Below are positions 1 through 12,365 of a DNA stretch of 64,000 bases, piece after piece. Numbering within the stretch: the stretch's first letter is position 1; every line of letters starts with the position of its first letter. The notes beneath the pieces are model-generated. The model ran no database searches, was not told where the DNA came from, and saw nothing but the letters and a program-made list of their open reading frames with translations. Source of the DNA: Octopus sinensis (taxonomy: Eukaryota); contig NC_043004.1 of the NCBI RefSeq assembly GCF_006345805.1, positions 69,130,001 to 69,194,000 on the forward strand, given 5' to 3'. Position numbers and translations under genes: made by a program.

Positions 1-690
1 TCTAGCACTGACTTAAACCGCACAAGATGCTTGCAATAGATCTCCTTTGTTATCGTTTGGTTTGGGTTTAAAAGTTCAAAGTGGACTAAACCTTTCAGAT
101 CCCACCAAGCAGATAAGGATACCTTATGTGGGTGAAGACCTTCTTTAGCCTGGGGTGTCGGTGTTTCTCTTTTCCTTACCCACTGTCTTCGGCGTTTGAC
201 ATTTTTTAAGAGAACCAATTTCTCATCACCAGTCACTATTCGGTCCAAAAAAGGGTCATTTGTGAGACAGCAAAGAAGAGCACACATTCCCTCTCTGCGC
301 GCGATTAGACTAGGAAAAGTTACGAGGAACCAATTGACCCAATTTTCTGACTTTTCCGATGGCACGCACGTGTCGATGAATGATTGAATGAACAAATCCA
401 AGCTTCTCTGCTAGTTCCTCTACAGTTACGATGGAATTTTGTTCTACCAGGGTTTGCAGGACGTCCTCGTCGAGCTCTACAGATCTTCAAGGACGAGGCT
501 CGTCTTTTAGGCTGTAGTTACCAGCTCGGAATTTCTGGAGCCACCGCTGACACTGGCTTACGCTTGTCCGATCCCCATATACTGCATTAATATTCCATGC
601 ACTTCCCGTTGCCTTTATTGAAATCATAACTTTGAAAAAATAACTGTTAAAATCGAACTGCGCTCTTCAAAACCTGTACTAAGAATAAAC
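1..690 (-). mobile_element. Decayed mariner (DD34D-type) transposase fragment
   Basis: Minus-strand translation with stops and frameshifts gives FNKGN..INAVYG, KDEPRP..SVELDEDVLQTLVEQN, DPFLDRIVTGDEK, LHPHKV.L..WWDLKGLVHFELLNPNQTIT, all mariner motifs; runs off the window start. Confidence 0.9.
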
Positions 691-850
691 AAAAGGTAAA
701 ATTACTACTTGCTTTTATAGCAAGTTGCTGCAGGTAGTTTATACTGCATATATATTTGTATGCACACACACACACACACATACACGCACACATATATATA
801 CATGTATGTATGTATGTATGTATGTATGTATGTATGTATGTATGTATGTC

Positions 851-3680
851 TTCTATTTTTTGATTATTTTAAATCTTCCACTGAGGAGGGAGCCAGTTTC
901 TAACAAAGATACATGGCTCCATCTTTGGGATGTAGTTATCACAGAAAAATGCACATTTGGAACTTGAGAAAAGTCTTGAATATTCTTACTCTTCCACTCA
1001 CAGACTGCACTTGTATTCTACGAATTAGCCGGTCAGTTTCTTTTTCTGAAAATCCCAGTTTATCCAGATTCTCCTATAACCATTTACTAACAAAACCTAG
1101 TTCTCTAATTATCATTGGTATGAATAAGAATTCATAGTGTGGATATAGAATCTGGAGGTTTCGAAGTAGTTGTCCATAGATATTCTCTTTTTCATTGATT
1201 TTCAAAGAGATATTTATATCTGCTGGGCAGCTGACCTCTATGATGGTAAATACATTTGCCCCTCTGTTCCAAACAATATTCGATCTGTTATGTTTACATT
1301 TGGCAGAAATTTTGATGGAAAATTCCGCCAGTATTCCATAAATGTATTCCATAACAGAGGCATTTTCTAAGTCTATTGCAGGACGGTCTTTTTTTGCGGA
1401 TGGCAGTCTAAATTGTTTTAGCAACAACATCGTGCCGCATAAGAGGGTAGTATCGTGACAACATTTTAGGACAGCTGCTAATCACATGCGTGGTGTCTTC
1501 CACAGAAACATGACACAGCCTATAATGAGGTTGCACCTTGATATTACAAGAGCGTCACTGTCTCTGTTGTTCTCCAGGTACTTTGTGGCAATCTCCTGTT
1601 CTTGGATTACAAATGCTTAGCCTTCAAAGTGTGATGTGATGTAATGGTCTCGTGCCCTAGAGAAGCTGCACTTCATGTCAATTCTACTGTCTTCTTCAAA
1701 CCTCCGGGCAACATACCCATGCATAGTCTTTTTTTTTTGTATGCTGAGTGCTTTCCATCCAGGTCTTCTCTGAGGTAAGAGAGCCCAGCTGTTTTGAGGG
1801 TGTATAGGAGATCGTCAGAAAGAGAGTGCTTCTTGAGGAGCTTACTACCAACTCGTACAATGTCGCTCACTTCACTTTTCAGCACTGCATTTATATATTT
1901 ATTTTTGCTACTATTGTTTAGTAGGTGATACCATGCGGCATTTGAAGGCCGTCTGCACTGATCCCAGTCCTCTATCACCTTCATTTCTTCTTAGGTAGAC
2001 CCTGTCAACATCACTGTTTCAGTGGAAGTTCCCAGTTGTTATCAGGATTTTACGGGTTTTGATATCTATGGAGTGGATTTCCTCTACAAACCAATCAAGT
2101 ATCCCAAATGTTGAGATTAGTACTGGTATTACAAATGCATTGTGGGATATTGTTTTGTTGTAAGAAGAGAGTTCCGACTGCCATATTTTCCTAAATCTGA
2201 TGTAATATTCTCGGGTCATCTATCTTTATTCCCAGTGCCTTCATATGATACATTTTCTTCTATGCCTAGGTACTTGTAACATTCTGTGTGGAAAGAGGGA
2301 GAATAGAGAGACAGTTGATGCATAGGTTTTGAATTTGGGGGACTGACTTTCCTCATTCCATAACCAAATATGAACATTTCTTTTGACCAAATTCCATGCC
2401 TGCATCAGCTGAAAATGCTATTGATTCCAGTAGTTTTTTGGCATTGTTAACACTTTTAGCATAAATCTTCATTCGTCTACAAAGAAATTATCAGTGACAT
2501 TGATATTTCTAGCAGTTGAAGATCGTAGCACGGAACCGTTTGTTTTCTGCAGCAGGAACGACAATGGATTCAGTGCCAAAATGACAAGAAGTACAGAAAG
2601 ACTATCTCCTTGGAATATTCCCTTTGCAATGCCTATACTATCAGAAACAATTATTCTTTTCTCAGTTGTAAGAGTAAGAATTGTTGTCCATGTCTTTGTG
2701 AGTCTCTCTATAGCAGCAATTAAGGTAGTATGTCGTTTTGCCAGATGTAGGCACTTCAACAGCCATGAATGAGGGATAGAATCGAATGCCTTCCTATAGT
2801 CAAGCCATACTGTCACCAGGTTTCTACGTTGTTTTCTTACTTCAGACAGTACAACTTTGTTTATTAAAAGTTGTTAGGCACATCCCCACACACCCTTCTT
2901 TTCCTCAGCCAGTTCATCAAGTCAATGTTCGACTTACAGCGGCCCTGAAGGAATTGGATGAGGCAACTTGTGTACAATTTGTACATAATGTTTAGACAAG
3001 CAATGGACCTGTAGTCTCTTGCCGTCCCAGTGATTTCATTTTTGGCAACAAGATTTGTCTTTGCTGTAGCAAGCCAATTTGGTATATGAATCTGACCTTC
3101 CATAGTCCTTTTGAACACACATATCAATTTGTTTCTATAAATGTCAGCTTCTTGTACCAATATTTAATTATTAGGTCCCTTGCAGGTGCCTTCCCATTCT
3201 GCAGTTCGCCTACTGCTATAGCGATTTTGTATGTTTTACTGTTAGTGTTGGTACAGTATTCTCTCTCAATTGTATGTAACCATGATACATTCAGGTTGGA
3301 ACCCACTTTTCGTTCCAAAGTTTTGGCCAGAATGATTGCAGATCTTCTTGCGAGGGAGCTTTCTTAATGGTAATGTTTTCTTTCCTCATCTCTCTGTATA
3401 ATGCTTGTGGGTTGGAAGCAAACTTGCGATTGATACTGGCTTGTTCAAAAATTCGCATGCGACAGCGGAGTTTCTCGCTCATCGTCCTGAGTTCGTCCTG
3501 AGTTCATGTTTTAAAGTGATTAGCTTTTCCCCAAGAGCTCAGTGTGAAGAGTTGCCATAAAGTTTCGTTAATTTTTGTCTAAGGTAGAGTTCGTGGGGTG
3601 TGAACTCATTTTTCTCCTTATATTTTATTGTTAACCATCCGATATGGCGGTGCACGTTGTTAATATTTCCTTAGAAAATC
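851..3680 (-). mobile_element. 5'-truncated, decayed R4/Dong-like non-LTR retrotransposon (RT + restriction-like endonuclease)
   Basis: ORF fragments: WLDYRKAFDSIPHSWL and GIFQGDSLS (RT), REYYIRFRKIWQSELSSYNKTISHNAF (thumb), IIEVSCPADINI..K..EK..Y (REL endonuclease); many stops and frameshifts. Confidence 0.85.
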
Positions 3681-3681
3681 C

Positions 3682-3767
3682 GATAACTACATACCAAAGA
3701 TGGAATCTTGTATCTTTGTTGGAAACCGGCTTCCTCCTCAGTGGAAGATTTATAATAATTAAAAAAT

Positions 3768-3771
<4 letters not shown>
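3682..3771 (+). repeat. Inverted copy of the LINE 3' terminus (851-940)
   Basis: Reverse complement aligns over ~90 bp with 851-940 (ttctattttt..cttccactgaggagg..aacaaagatac..tgtagttatc) with few mismatches. Confidence 0.9.
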
Positions 3772-3833
<62 letters not shown>

Positions 3834-3974
3834 AGTGCGCGCGCGCGCGCGGGTGTCATTGCTTTCGAATATACGTATGAATTAAAGTATGCATATATGT
3901 AAGTATTTATATATGCATATATATATATGTCCCGTTATTACCATTCATGTTTTAAATTTTATTTTTGTTTTTTG

Positions 3975-4212
3975 TATTTATATTCGGATGGCATCATCCG
4001 TTTTTCTGTCCTTGTTTCGTTTACATTCGATCCTTTTTCCAAGAAATCTAATGCTCGCAACTTAGTTTTTCCTTGGGGCTGGCCGGATCTGAGCGATATC
4101 AGGATTAATCAGCCAAAATTTGCTAGGACGATCCGGTTCCTGACTGAAGATTAGAGGCTTCGAATGACCCGTCCGTTCTTGTTCCATTTTGTATTTTTTA
4201 TATATAAGTTTT

Positions 4213-4257
<45 letters not shown>

Positions 4258-4800
4258 TAAACAGTAAAAATAATTACAGACATGGACAAGAACATGAAAC
4301 ACCACAGAGACGACACAAGAACCACAGGACGGGACATTCGAAGCCCTCAGTCATCAGTCAAGAACCAGATCATCTTAGCAATTTCGGCTGATTAATCTTG
4401 AGATTGCTCCGATATGGCCAGCCCGCCAAGGGAAATCTAAGCCAAGCGCATTAGATCCCCTGGAAGAAAGCTTCGAATGTATACAACGCGAGGACGGAAA
4501 ACGAACGAAGTACATAAACAAAAATACAGAATACGTGACACCAATAAGAATACAAAAACGTAAAAACAATAACGGTAAAAATAAAAATAAAAAATAAACA
4601 ACAAAACAAAACCAGGACGTAGGACAAGGGTCTTTCGACAGGACGAGTTGAGTATGGGGCTGGCTTGTGAAGTTGTGCCTAATGGCCACGGGGAGACGAA
4701 CAAATACGTGTTGCTTCTGCGGCTGCTGAAAACGAAAAGAGCGCTCAACAGCGGCTAGCTGTCACGTGAGAACAGAAGACAGGAGAAAGGGACAGATGAA
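3975..4800. mobile_element. Two diverged copies of one repeat in inverted orientation around a (TA)n tract; probably Penelope-like pLTR fragments
   Basis: gattaatcagcc..ctgactga(a/t)ga..ggcttcgaatg(a/t)cccgtc occurs on + at ~4100-4175 and on - at ~4327-4400; family assignment is inference. Confidence 0.5.
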
Positions 4801-5084
4801 AAGAGAGAGAAGGTGGACGAGGGAGGAGAAGAAAGAGACAGATCGAGGGGGCTGGAGGTGAGATATATATATATATATATATACTTGTATATGACTGAAT
4901 CGCATGAAATGAAGAGTTCAATAAGCAACATTTGTGGGTAAAAGAACTAGAAGATGGACAACTGCAAGCACGTTAAACCAAAACAAAACCTTAATGGCCA
5001 ATATTGAGGTTTTAGAGCATAAAGAAACGGAATAAGCACCGAAAGGCATTGTATCTGACGCTTTAACGATTCTAGTAATCCACC

Positions 5085-6345
5085 GTTTCGGACTGAAACC
5101 ATAGGTATCGACCCCAGAAGGATAAAAGGCAATGTTGACCATGACAGTATTTGAACTCTGTATGAAAAGAACGGAAACAAGTAATGCAAGTGATTTTGTT
5201 TGACGACGATTCTGCCAATCACTGTCTCAAACTAGTACTTTATTTATCGACCCCGGAGCCTGAAAAGCAAAGCTCATTACGACATGATTTGAACTCGGAA
5301 TGCAAAGAATGGAAACAAATAATGCAAGAAATTCTGATTATATCAGTCTTCAGACCCGGACCCGGACTTGTATTCTATTTATCGACCCTGGGAGGCTGAA
5401 AATCAAAGTTCATCATGACAGTATTTGAACTCGCTATGCAAAGAACTGAAACAAATAATGCAGAGAATTCCGTTTGATTCTTTATTTTTTTCTTTCTACT
5501 TTAGGAACAAGGCCCAAAATTTGGGGGGAGGAGGCCAGTCGATTAGATCGACCCCAGTACGCAACTGGTACTTAATTTATCGACCCCGAAAGGATGAAAT
5601 GTAAGTCGACCTCGGTGAAATTTGAACTTAGAACGTAAAGACAGCATTTCGCCCGGCATGCTAACGGTTCTGCCAGCTTACTGCCTTCTGTTTGATTCTT
5701 TAATGATTCTGCTTGTCCACTATGCCGGACTGCTACTTTATTTATTGACACCGAGTGGTTGTAAGGCAAATTGATCTCGACGGGATTTGAACTCAGCTCG
5801 CAAAAAAACAAAGCAACAGCAGCAAAAACAAAAAAAAGCAGTTACCTCGTCTAACGCTGTATTGATCACACCAATCAACTCTTCTATACTGGAACATGAA
5901 AGGATGAATGGCAAAATTGATTTTGACGGAATTTGAACTCAGAATCCAAGTTTCTGGAGTAAATACAAGGCATCCCATTCGACGTTGTATTAATTCAACT
6001 AATCCATCATCTCAGAGTGATATTTCATTTATTGATCGGATAAAAGGAAATAGTGACCTCGGCGGGATTTGAACCCTGGATGAAAGAAACTGAAATATAT
6101 CTCGCAAGGTAAGCCGTTCGATACTTTAACGATTCTGCTGATTTACGAGCTAAATATGTCAAGTCTTTTCTACTATAAGCACAAGGCTTTAAGTTCCGTC
6201 GGTGGGGAGTAGTCGATTACATCGACCCCAGTGCTTAACAGATAAAAGTCAAAGTCGACCTCGGCGAAATTTGAACTCAGAACGTAAAGAGCCTGAATAA
6301 ACACCGTCGAGCATTTTGTCTCTGTACAAACTATTCTGTCAGCTC
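5085..6345 (-). mobile_element. Cluster of about 8 co-oriented decayed tRNA-derived SINE fragments (Nin/Deu-domain-like family)
   Basis: Repeated atcgacccc..gaaaggatgaaaggcaaagtcgacctcgg..atttgaactc motif (reverse complement of B-box plus central domain) about every 130-190 bp. Confidence 0.8.
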
Positions 6346-6889
6346 GTCACTTTCGCTATTATATAAATAATGAAATATATTTATTCTATTATAGGCCCAA
6401 TATTTTCTCTTTCTTTTTGTTATTTAATATTAGCTTATAGAATATGAACAATGGTAAGGTAAGGTCAACGTATTTTACTGCAAATGTCAAGAGGACATGT
6501 TTATAAAAAGATAATCGACAGAAAAGGTTACATTTGTTTCAAGAAACAAAACTAAAAAAGGAAAAAGAACTGTAGAGAGCCAAAATATTCATTGTTCAAT
6601 TTTACGTTTTCGCAATATATAAAGATCACTCAGAGTTATCTTTCTTGCCTCTCTTACGAAGAATTATCCTTGTCGAAGCTAATCATATTTCTCTTCGTTG
6701 TCACAGGTGTAATCTTTTTTGATTGATAGAAAGTCAAGTTTAGCTCGTAATATTAAGCATGTTTATTACTACCACCATCACAATCACCACATCTACCACC
6801 ATCAACAATGCAAATTAAAAACAGACAGAAAATCTCCAAATCCGTATCAGTTATCGACCAAAGAATTTACGTAACTTCATTTCTTCAAA

Positions 6890-7430
6890 AAGGCTGCGAG
6901 CTGGCGGAAACGTTACGACGTCGGGCGAAATGCTTAGCGGTATTTCGTCTGCCGTTACGTTCTGAGTTCAAATTCTGCCGAGGTCGACTTTGTCTTTCAT
7001 CCTTTCCGGGTCGATTAAATAAGTACCAGTTACGCACTGGGGCCGATATAATCGACTTAATCCCTTTGTCTGTCCTTGTTTGTCCCCTCTATGTTTAGCC
7101 CCTTGTGGGTAGTAAAGAAATAAGTATTTTGTCTGCCGTTACGTTCTGAGTTTAAATTCCGCCTAGTTTGACTTTGCCTTTCCTCCTTTCAGAGTTGATA
7201 AATTAAGTACCAGTTGCATACTAGGATCCATCTAATCGACTGGACCCCTCCCCCAAAATTTCGGTCCTAGTGCCTAGAGTAGAAAAGAAAAGAATTTCGT
7301 GCCTTCAAATTCCGCCGAGGCTGACTTTACCTTTCATATTTCATGGTCGATGAAATAAGTACCAGTTGCGTACTAGGGTCGATGTAATGGATCAGCTCCG
7401 ACCCCTTTTTGTGCCTATAGCAAAAAGGAT
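6890..7430 (+). mobile_element. tRNA-derived SINE, tandem multimer (Nin/Deu-like family)
   Basis: Head aaggctgcgagctggcggaaacgtta (A-box-like) and gagttcaaattc (B-box-like); second unit restarts at agaaataagtattttgtctg; third partial unit follows. Confidence 0.85.
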
Positions 7431-7499
7431 ATTAGAAAATCAAACTGTTTCGTCGTAGGTTTTGAATTTTCTCTCTCTTTTATTTTTCACCATTTCTTT

Positions 7500-7979
7500 A
7501 TTCTGATCTCTTTTCTTGCCTTAATTCCTTCCTTCCTTCCTTCCTTCCTATTTCACTCTTTTTCTCTCTCTCTCTCTCTTATTATTCCTTCGCCCCCCCT
7601 CTGTCGCCCACTCTTCCCCCTCCTCTCTCTTTCTCTCTTTGCTTTTTTCTTTTCTCTTCTTTTTCTAACTCATTCCTATTCTTTCTTATTCCAGGTCTTT
7701 ATTGTCCTTCCTTCTTCTTTGATTCTTATTCATTCTTACACTTCCATTCTCTGTCCTTCAAACCTCATCACACACACATACTCACACACACTCTCCCTCT
7801 GCCTCTCTCTCTCTCTCTCGTGCACCTTCCCTCTTTCCCTTTTTCTATAACTCTTCTTCATTTTCCTTCTCTTTCCCTTCCTCTCTTTTTATTTCTCTAT
7901 TTACTCGAATTCTCCGTTTTTCTTGCTCACCTCCCTCAAACTGAATTCCAGTCGTACTTGCATTATTCATTACACACAC

Positions 7980-8029
<50 letters not shown>

Positions 8030-8035
8030 GCACGC

Positions 8036-8071
<36 letters not shown>

Positions 8072-8090
8072 TCACACACACGTACACAAC
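7500..8090. repeat. Polypyrimidine tract followed by (CA)n microsatellite
   Basis: CT-rich low-complexity sequence over ~450 bp, then a CA run. Confidence 0.9.
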
Positions 8091-8485
8091 CATAAAATAA
8101 CAATGAATGTCATGAAGAGAAGTTAACTATACTTTTTTGTTTGTTTTGTTAGTTATATCATTGATATCTGTTCATTTGTTGAAGTGATTAACATAAAATG
8201 TATAAGAGTCACGTACTTCGAGAAACGAGCGGTGCCAAATGGAAACCAGAATTTGCCAAACACCGAACAACTCTTGCAGCATAAGCAATATAAAACGAAG
8301 AACAATTTGTAATGCAGAAATGCTTGCAGTTTTAATGCGGTTTAGTTGGACTTCCAGCATTATATGAACAGAGTAATGAAGCAAACGGAGAAGTCACGGT
8401 CTGACCGGATTCCAAACTGTGGGAAAAATGAACGGAACCCTGGGAATACCGGGGATCAGGATATTTCTTTCACTATTTGTCTTAG

Positions 8486-8560
8486 GTGCCGATACGCAGC
8501 AGATATTCTCGCGACCAAATATTCTCACGGGAATAGCGGCGCAAGCGACGGCAAGGGGGA
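8486..8560 (+). CDS. Candidate 75-nt internal exon, unknown product
   Basis: Acceptor ttctttcactatttgtcttag|G, donor A|GTAAGA, length divisible by 3, GC-richer than flanks, two frames open (GADTQQIFSRPNILTGIAAQATARG or CRYAADILATKYSHGNSGASDGKG). No homology recognised. Confidence 0.3.
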
Positions 8561-8723
8561 GTAAGAACTGTACAAGCACTCAGTTGATATTCATTATCTG
8601 CCGTGTAGACTGAAGCCCTTTCCTCAAAGATACAACAATGCACTTCCCGGTCTAGGAATTGAACCCACGATATTTGATCATAATAAAATAATATATTATG
8701 TGTATAATATATTATGTATATAT

Positions 8724-8777
<54 letters not shown>

Positions 8778-8787
8778 AAAGAGATCA

Positions 8788-8822
<35 letters not shown>

Positions 8823-8834
8823 AAAGAGATCAGA

Positions 8835-8866
<32 letters not shown>

Positions 8867-8873
8867 GTGTGTG

Positions 8874-9171
8874 TGGAAGTGCAATGGCCCAGTGGTTAGG
8901 GCAGCGGACTCGCGGTCGTAGGATCGCGGTTTCGATTCCCATACCGGGCGTTGTGAGTGTTTATTGAGCGAAAACACCTTAAAGCTCCACGAGGCTCCGG
9001 CAGGGGGTGGTGATCCCTGTTGTACTCTTTCACCACTGTTTCTCTCACTCTTTCTTCTATTGGCCTGCTCGCTTAGCTAGCGGGATGGCGTTATTCGAAG
9101 GCTAAAACAATGCGAACGCATTGTGACCAGCGATGTGTAACAACATCTGATGGTCTGGTCGGTCACGTGAT

Positions 9172-9179
<8 letters not shown>
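8874..9179 (+). mobile_element. tRNA-derived SINE family 2, tail type a
   Basis: Head gcaatggcccagtggttagggcagcggactcgcggtcgtaggatcgcggtttcgattccc; tail ending cacgtgatcacgtgata; near-identical copy at 51870-52176. Confidence 0.9.
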
Positions 9180-9213
<34 letters not shown>

Positions 9214-9219
9214 ATACGT

Positions 9220-9720
9220 TTACGACCATCCCCAAATACAACAATATATATATATATACTTTTATTAAAGCTGCAAAGATATCACAAAACTGTTACTCAG
9301 AGTTTCATGTTTCCGTTCATCGGGCAACTGTCCGACGAATGGAAACGTTTTGTGATATTTTTACAGCTTTAATAAAAACTCATATTAATATTACTCTACC
9401 TTCGGTATTCAAGTACTATTTTTTGCACCCTGTTTTGCATTTATGTGCTTACTCGTGTGTATCTGTGTATGGGTGTGTGTCTGTATGTGTGTGTGTATAA
9501 ACACTTACTGTAAACAAAATAAGAGACGGTGCGTGGGGTTCTATTTAATAAGTTCCAAAACATATAATAAATGTAAGTTCCAACAAACTGAAAACAGACA
9601 GAAGACGCCAAATCCGTATCGATTATCGTCCAATGGATTTACGCAATTTCCTGCCTTGAACGATAAATTCAATTGCTCCCCTCTGATGACGCCAGCGACG
9701 AGAATCCTATCATATTTTAT
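9220..9720. mobile_element. Penelope-like terminal fragments with an internal foldback (9280-9358)
   Basis: atcacaaaac..gttttgtgat encloses gtttcc..ggaaac hairpin; minus strand carries a degenerate CCGATGA..GAAACtctgagTA hammerhead-like core similar to 32593-32630. Confidence 0.5.
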
Positions 9721-9724
9721 CTTC

Positions 9725-10112
9725 TCCTTGTATCAGTCATTAGACTGTGGGCATGCTGGGGCACTGCCTTGAAGAATTTTAGTCGAACGTGTCAACCACA
9801 CCACTCATTTTTTTAAAAGCCTGGTACTTATTCTATCGAATTCATTTACCGAACTACTACGTTACGGGACGTAAACATATCAACACCGGTTGTAAGTGGT
9901 GGTGGTAGTGGACAAACACAGACGCAAAAATACACATAGATGGGTAGATAAATAGATTCGACAGTCTTCTTTTAGTTTCCGCCTACCACAGCCATTCACT
10001 AGGTTTTGGTTGATTCGAAGCTAAAGTAGAAGACACTTGCCCAAGGTACCACGCATTGAGAGTGAACTCGGAAGCATGCGGTTGGGAAGCAAACTTACCA
10101 CACAGCCACATA
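9725..10112 (-). mobile_element. tRNA-derived SINE family 3 (decayed)
   Basis: Reverse complement of gtggctgtgtggtaag..ttgggcaagtgtcttctact..gacaaccg..ccagcatg; same family as 49870-50304. Confidence 0.85.
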
Positions 10113-10139
10113 CGCGCGCGCGCACATGTATATATTCAT

Positions 10140-10321
10140 ATATTGGCGATTTTCTTTCACCGTCTTCCCTTCGTTTGGACTTTCCTCTATTTATGAAGAA
10201 GAGCTTGGCTCGAAACGTTAAATCCTCTTTCCTTACTTTCCTGAGCATCTGATAATACAGTACTTGTACCACATCCTCACGTTATTGTTTTTTCTTGCTT
10301 GTTCTTCTTTGTTTGGATTCA

Positions 10322-10325
<4 letters not shown>
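10140..10325 (+). mobile_element. Penelope-like pLTR fragment with degenerate hammerhead core
   Basis: atgaagaagagcttggctcgaaacgttaaa at ~10193-10222; same family as 45240-45420. Confidence 0.65.
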
Positions 10326-10356
<31 letters not shown>

Positions 10357-11176
10357 ATACTTATAGATAAATATAAGATCCAAGGATCGAGGTGTAGGAA
10401 GAAATTTAGCTTCAAGGCATCTGTAATAAATATCTAATGAATTCTGTAACTCTTGTATATATATATATATATATCAAGAAATGATTGAGATTCAGTTGAA
10501 TTAGGTATTTAAGTTGAAGCACCAAGTCAGTCTGGTATTATCCGCACAGCTCGAAGTAAGGTTAATAAAATCAAAATAAGCAACAGGATATCAAGAGGTC
10601 ATGCAGTACGACCGTTTGAAGCGGCTCCACTTAATCGAACAATGTAATCATTACATCAGTTTAAATGAAGTGCCATATTCAGCTGCACATATAAATAAAT
10701 AGAATTTTAACAAGTAGGACACATTAATACAAGTTTTCTCAAATATCATAACAGAGCAAAAAGATAGAATATATTCATATTGTCGCTATTGTAGCTAAGA
10801 ATGGGCTATACTTCCAAGAATCGCATGAAGCCTATTGTGTTCGTCCCTCCGTCATCGCTTGACAACAGATGCTGGTGCGTTTATGTCCCCGTAACCTAGC
10901 GGTTCGGCAAAAAGAGACCGATAGAATAAGTACTAGGCTTACAAAGAATAAGTCCTAGGGTCGATTTCTTCGGCTAAAACTTTTTAAGGCGGTGCTCCAG
11001 CATGGCTGCAGTCAAATGTCTGAAACGAGCAAAAGAATAAAAGAATACATAAAGGCCCGAAATATTTGGAGAGGGAACCAGTTGATTAGATCGACCCCAG
11101 TACGCAACTGGTACTTAATTTATCGACCCCGAAAGAATGAAAGGCAAAGTCGACCTCGGCAGAGAATACATAAATA

Positions 11177-12068
11177 TTAGATTGGCCAAAAAGTGTGATT
11201 TTTATGTAAAAATAACACAAATTTTAAACACAAAGCAATTTAATCAATCAAGATTATAATTGCCGTTTTGTTCTAGTATCTCCTGTCATCTTGTGGGAAG
11301 ATCTATTATTTTCCGCTCAAAGAAGTTCCTCTCTTTACGAGCGAAAAGCTCTTCCATGTGAACTTTTATATCCATTTCAGAGTTACGGGTTTGGCCATTC
11401 AATGAATTTTGAAGAGACCGAAACTGGTGGAAATGTCAAGGCACAGGGTCGGGAGAATATGGAGAGAGCAGCACAACTTACCAGCTAAGCCTCAGTAACT
11501 GATGTTGCGTCTGCAAAAAGGTGTGTGGCCTGACATTGTCGTGATGGAAGATAATACCCTTACGACTAGTAAATGTTGAACGCTTCTTGCGAATCACTGC
11601 ATTCAATTTGTCCAGCAGTATCTGTAGGCAATCTTTCAGGCTCTGTATATGCGTTGAATATTTTTTTTTGTAAAAAAGGACATTGGGCAGTGAGAAAATA
11701 AGAAAGAACAGGAGAAAATCGCGAAGAAGGTTGGTGCTAAAAATGGAACGAGAAAGAAACGAAAACAGAATACCAAGATTCCCGTCCTCTCTGATTGCAT
11801 AAACCGCAGTCAACGCAGCTGATATAAAACAAAATCACAGAAAATATGTCAAAGTCTGCGAAACAGCAACTCAGTCCAGAGCGGGTGGTGTCCATGAATT
11901 CGACAAAAGATACCTGTCCACTAAAAATTTCAGCTCTGGAATTAAGCAGTCTGTTGGCAATTCTTGGATCTAAGAAAAAATGAGAACTTTTTGCTACGCA
12001 TAAGTTACTTTTCTTGGATCCATTGACATATGACTTGGATTTCTCTCCGATTTTCTACTTGATTGTAT
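11177..12068 (-). mobile_element. Decayed mariner element (copy 1), with 3' TIR
   Basis: GIIFHHDNVRPH (HDNARPH motif), PYSPD, QNGNY C-terminus; terminus TA|TTAGATTGGCCAAAAAG. Confidence 0.9.
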
Positions 12069-12312
12069 ACACAGACACACAGATACACACACACACAGAC
12101 ACACACACCACTAACACACAACACACACACACACACACACCACACACACACACACACACCACACACACACACACACAACACACACACACACACAACACAC
12201 ACACACACACTCTCTCTCTGTCTTTCATATATATGTATATAGAAGCTAATATTAATAAAAATATTCATATACTCGTTATTTTAAGTTCTATTTTTCTTGT
12301 TTGCACAAACAT

Positions 12313-12365
<53 letters not shown>

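Noticed and set aside
851-940. CTGAGGA-stem motif in the LINE terminus as a hammerhead
   Set aside because: Antisense to the ORF and followed by AACAAAG rather than GAAA; the core is incomplete.
8874-8945. tRNA genes at SINE heads (also 15972, 19825, 49870, 51870)
   Set aside because: A/B-box-like motifs are present, but there is no complete cloverleaf and each continues into a repeat body.
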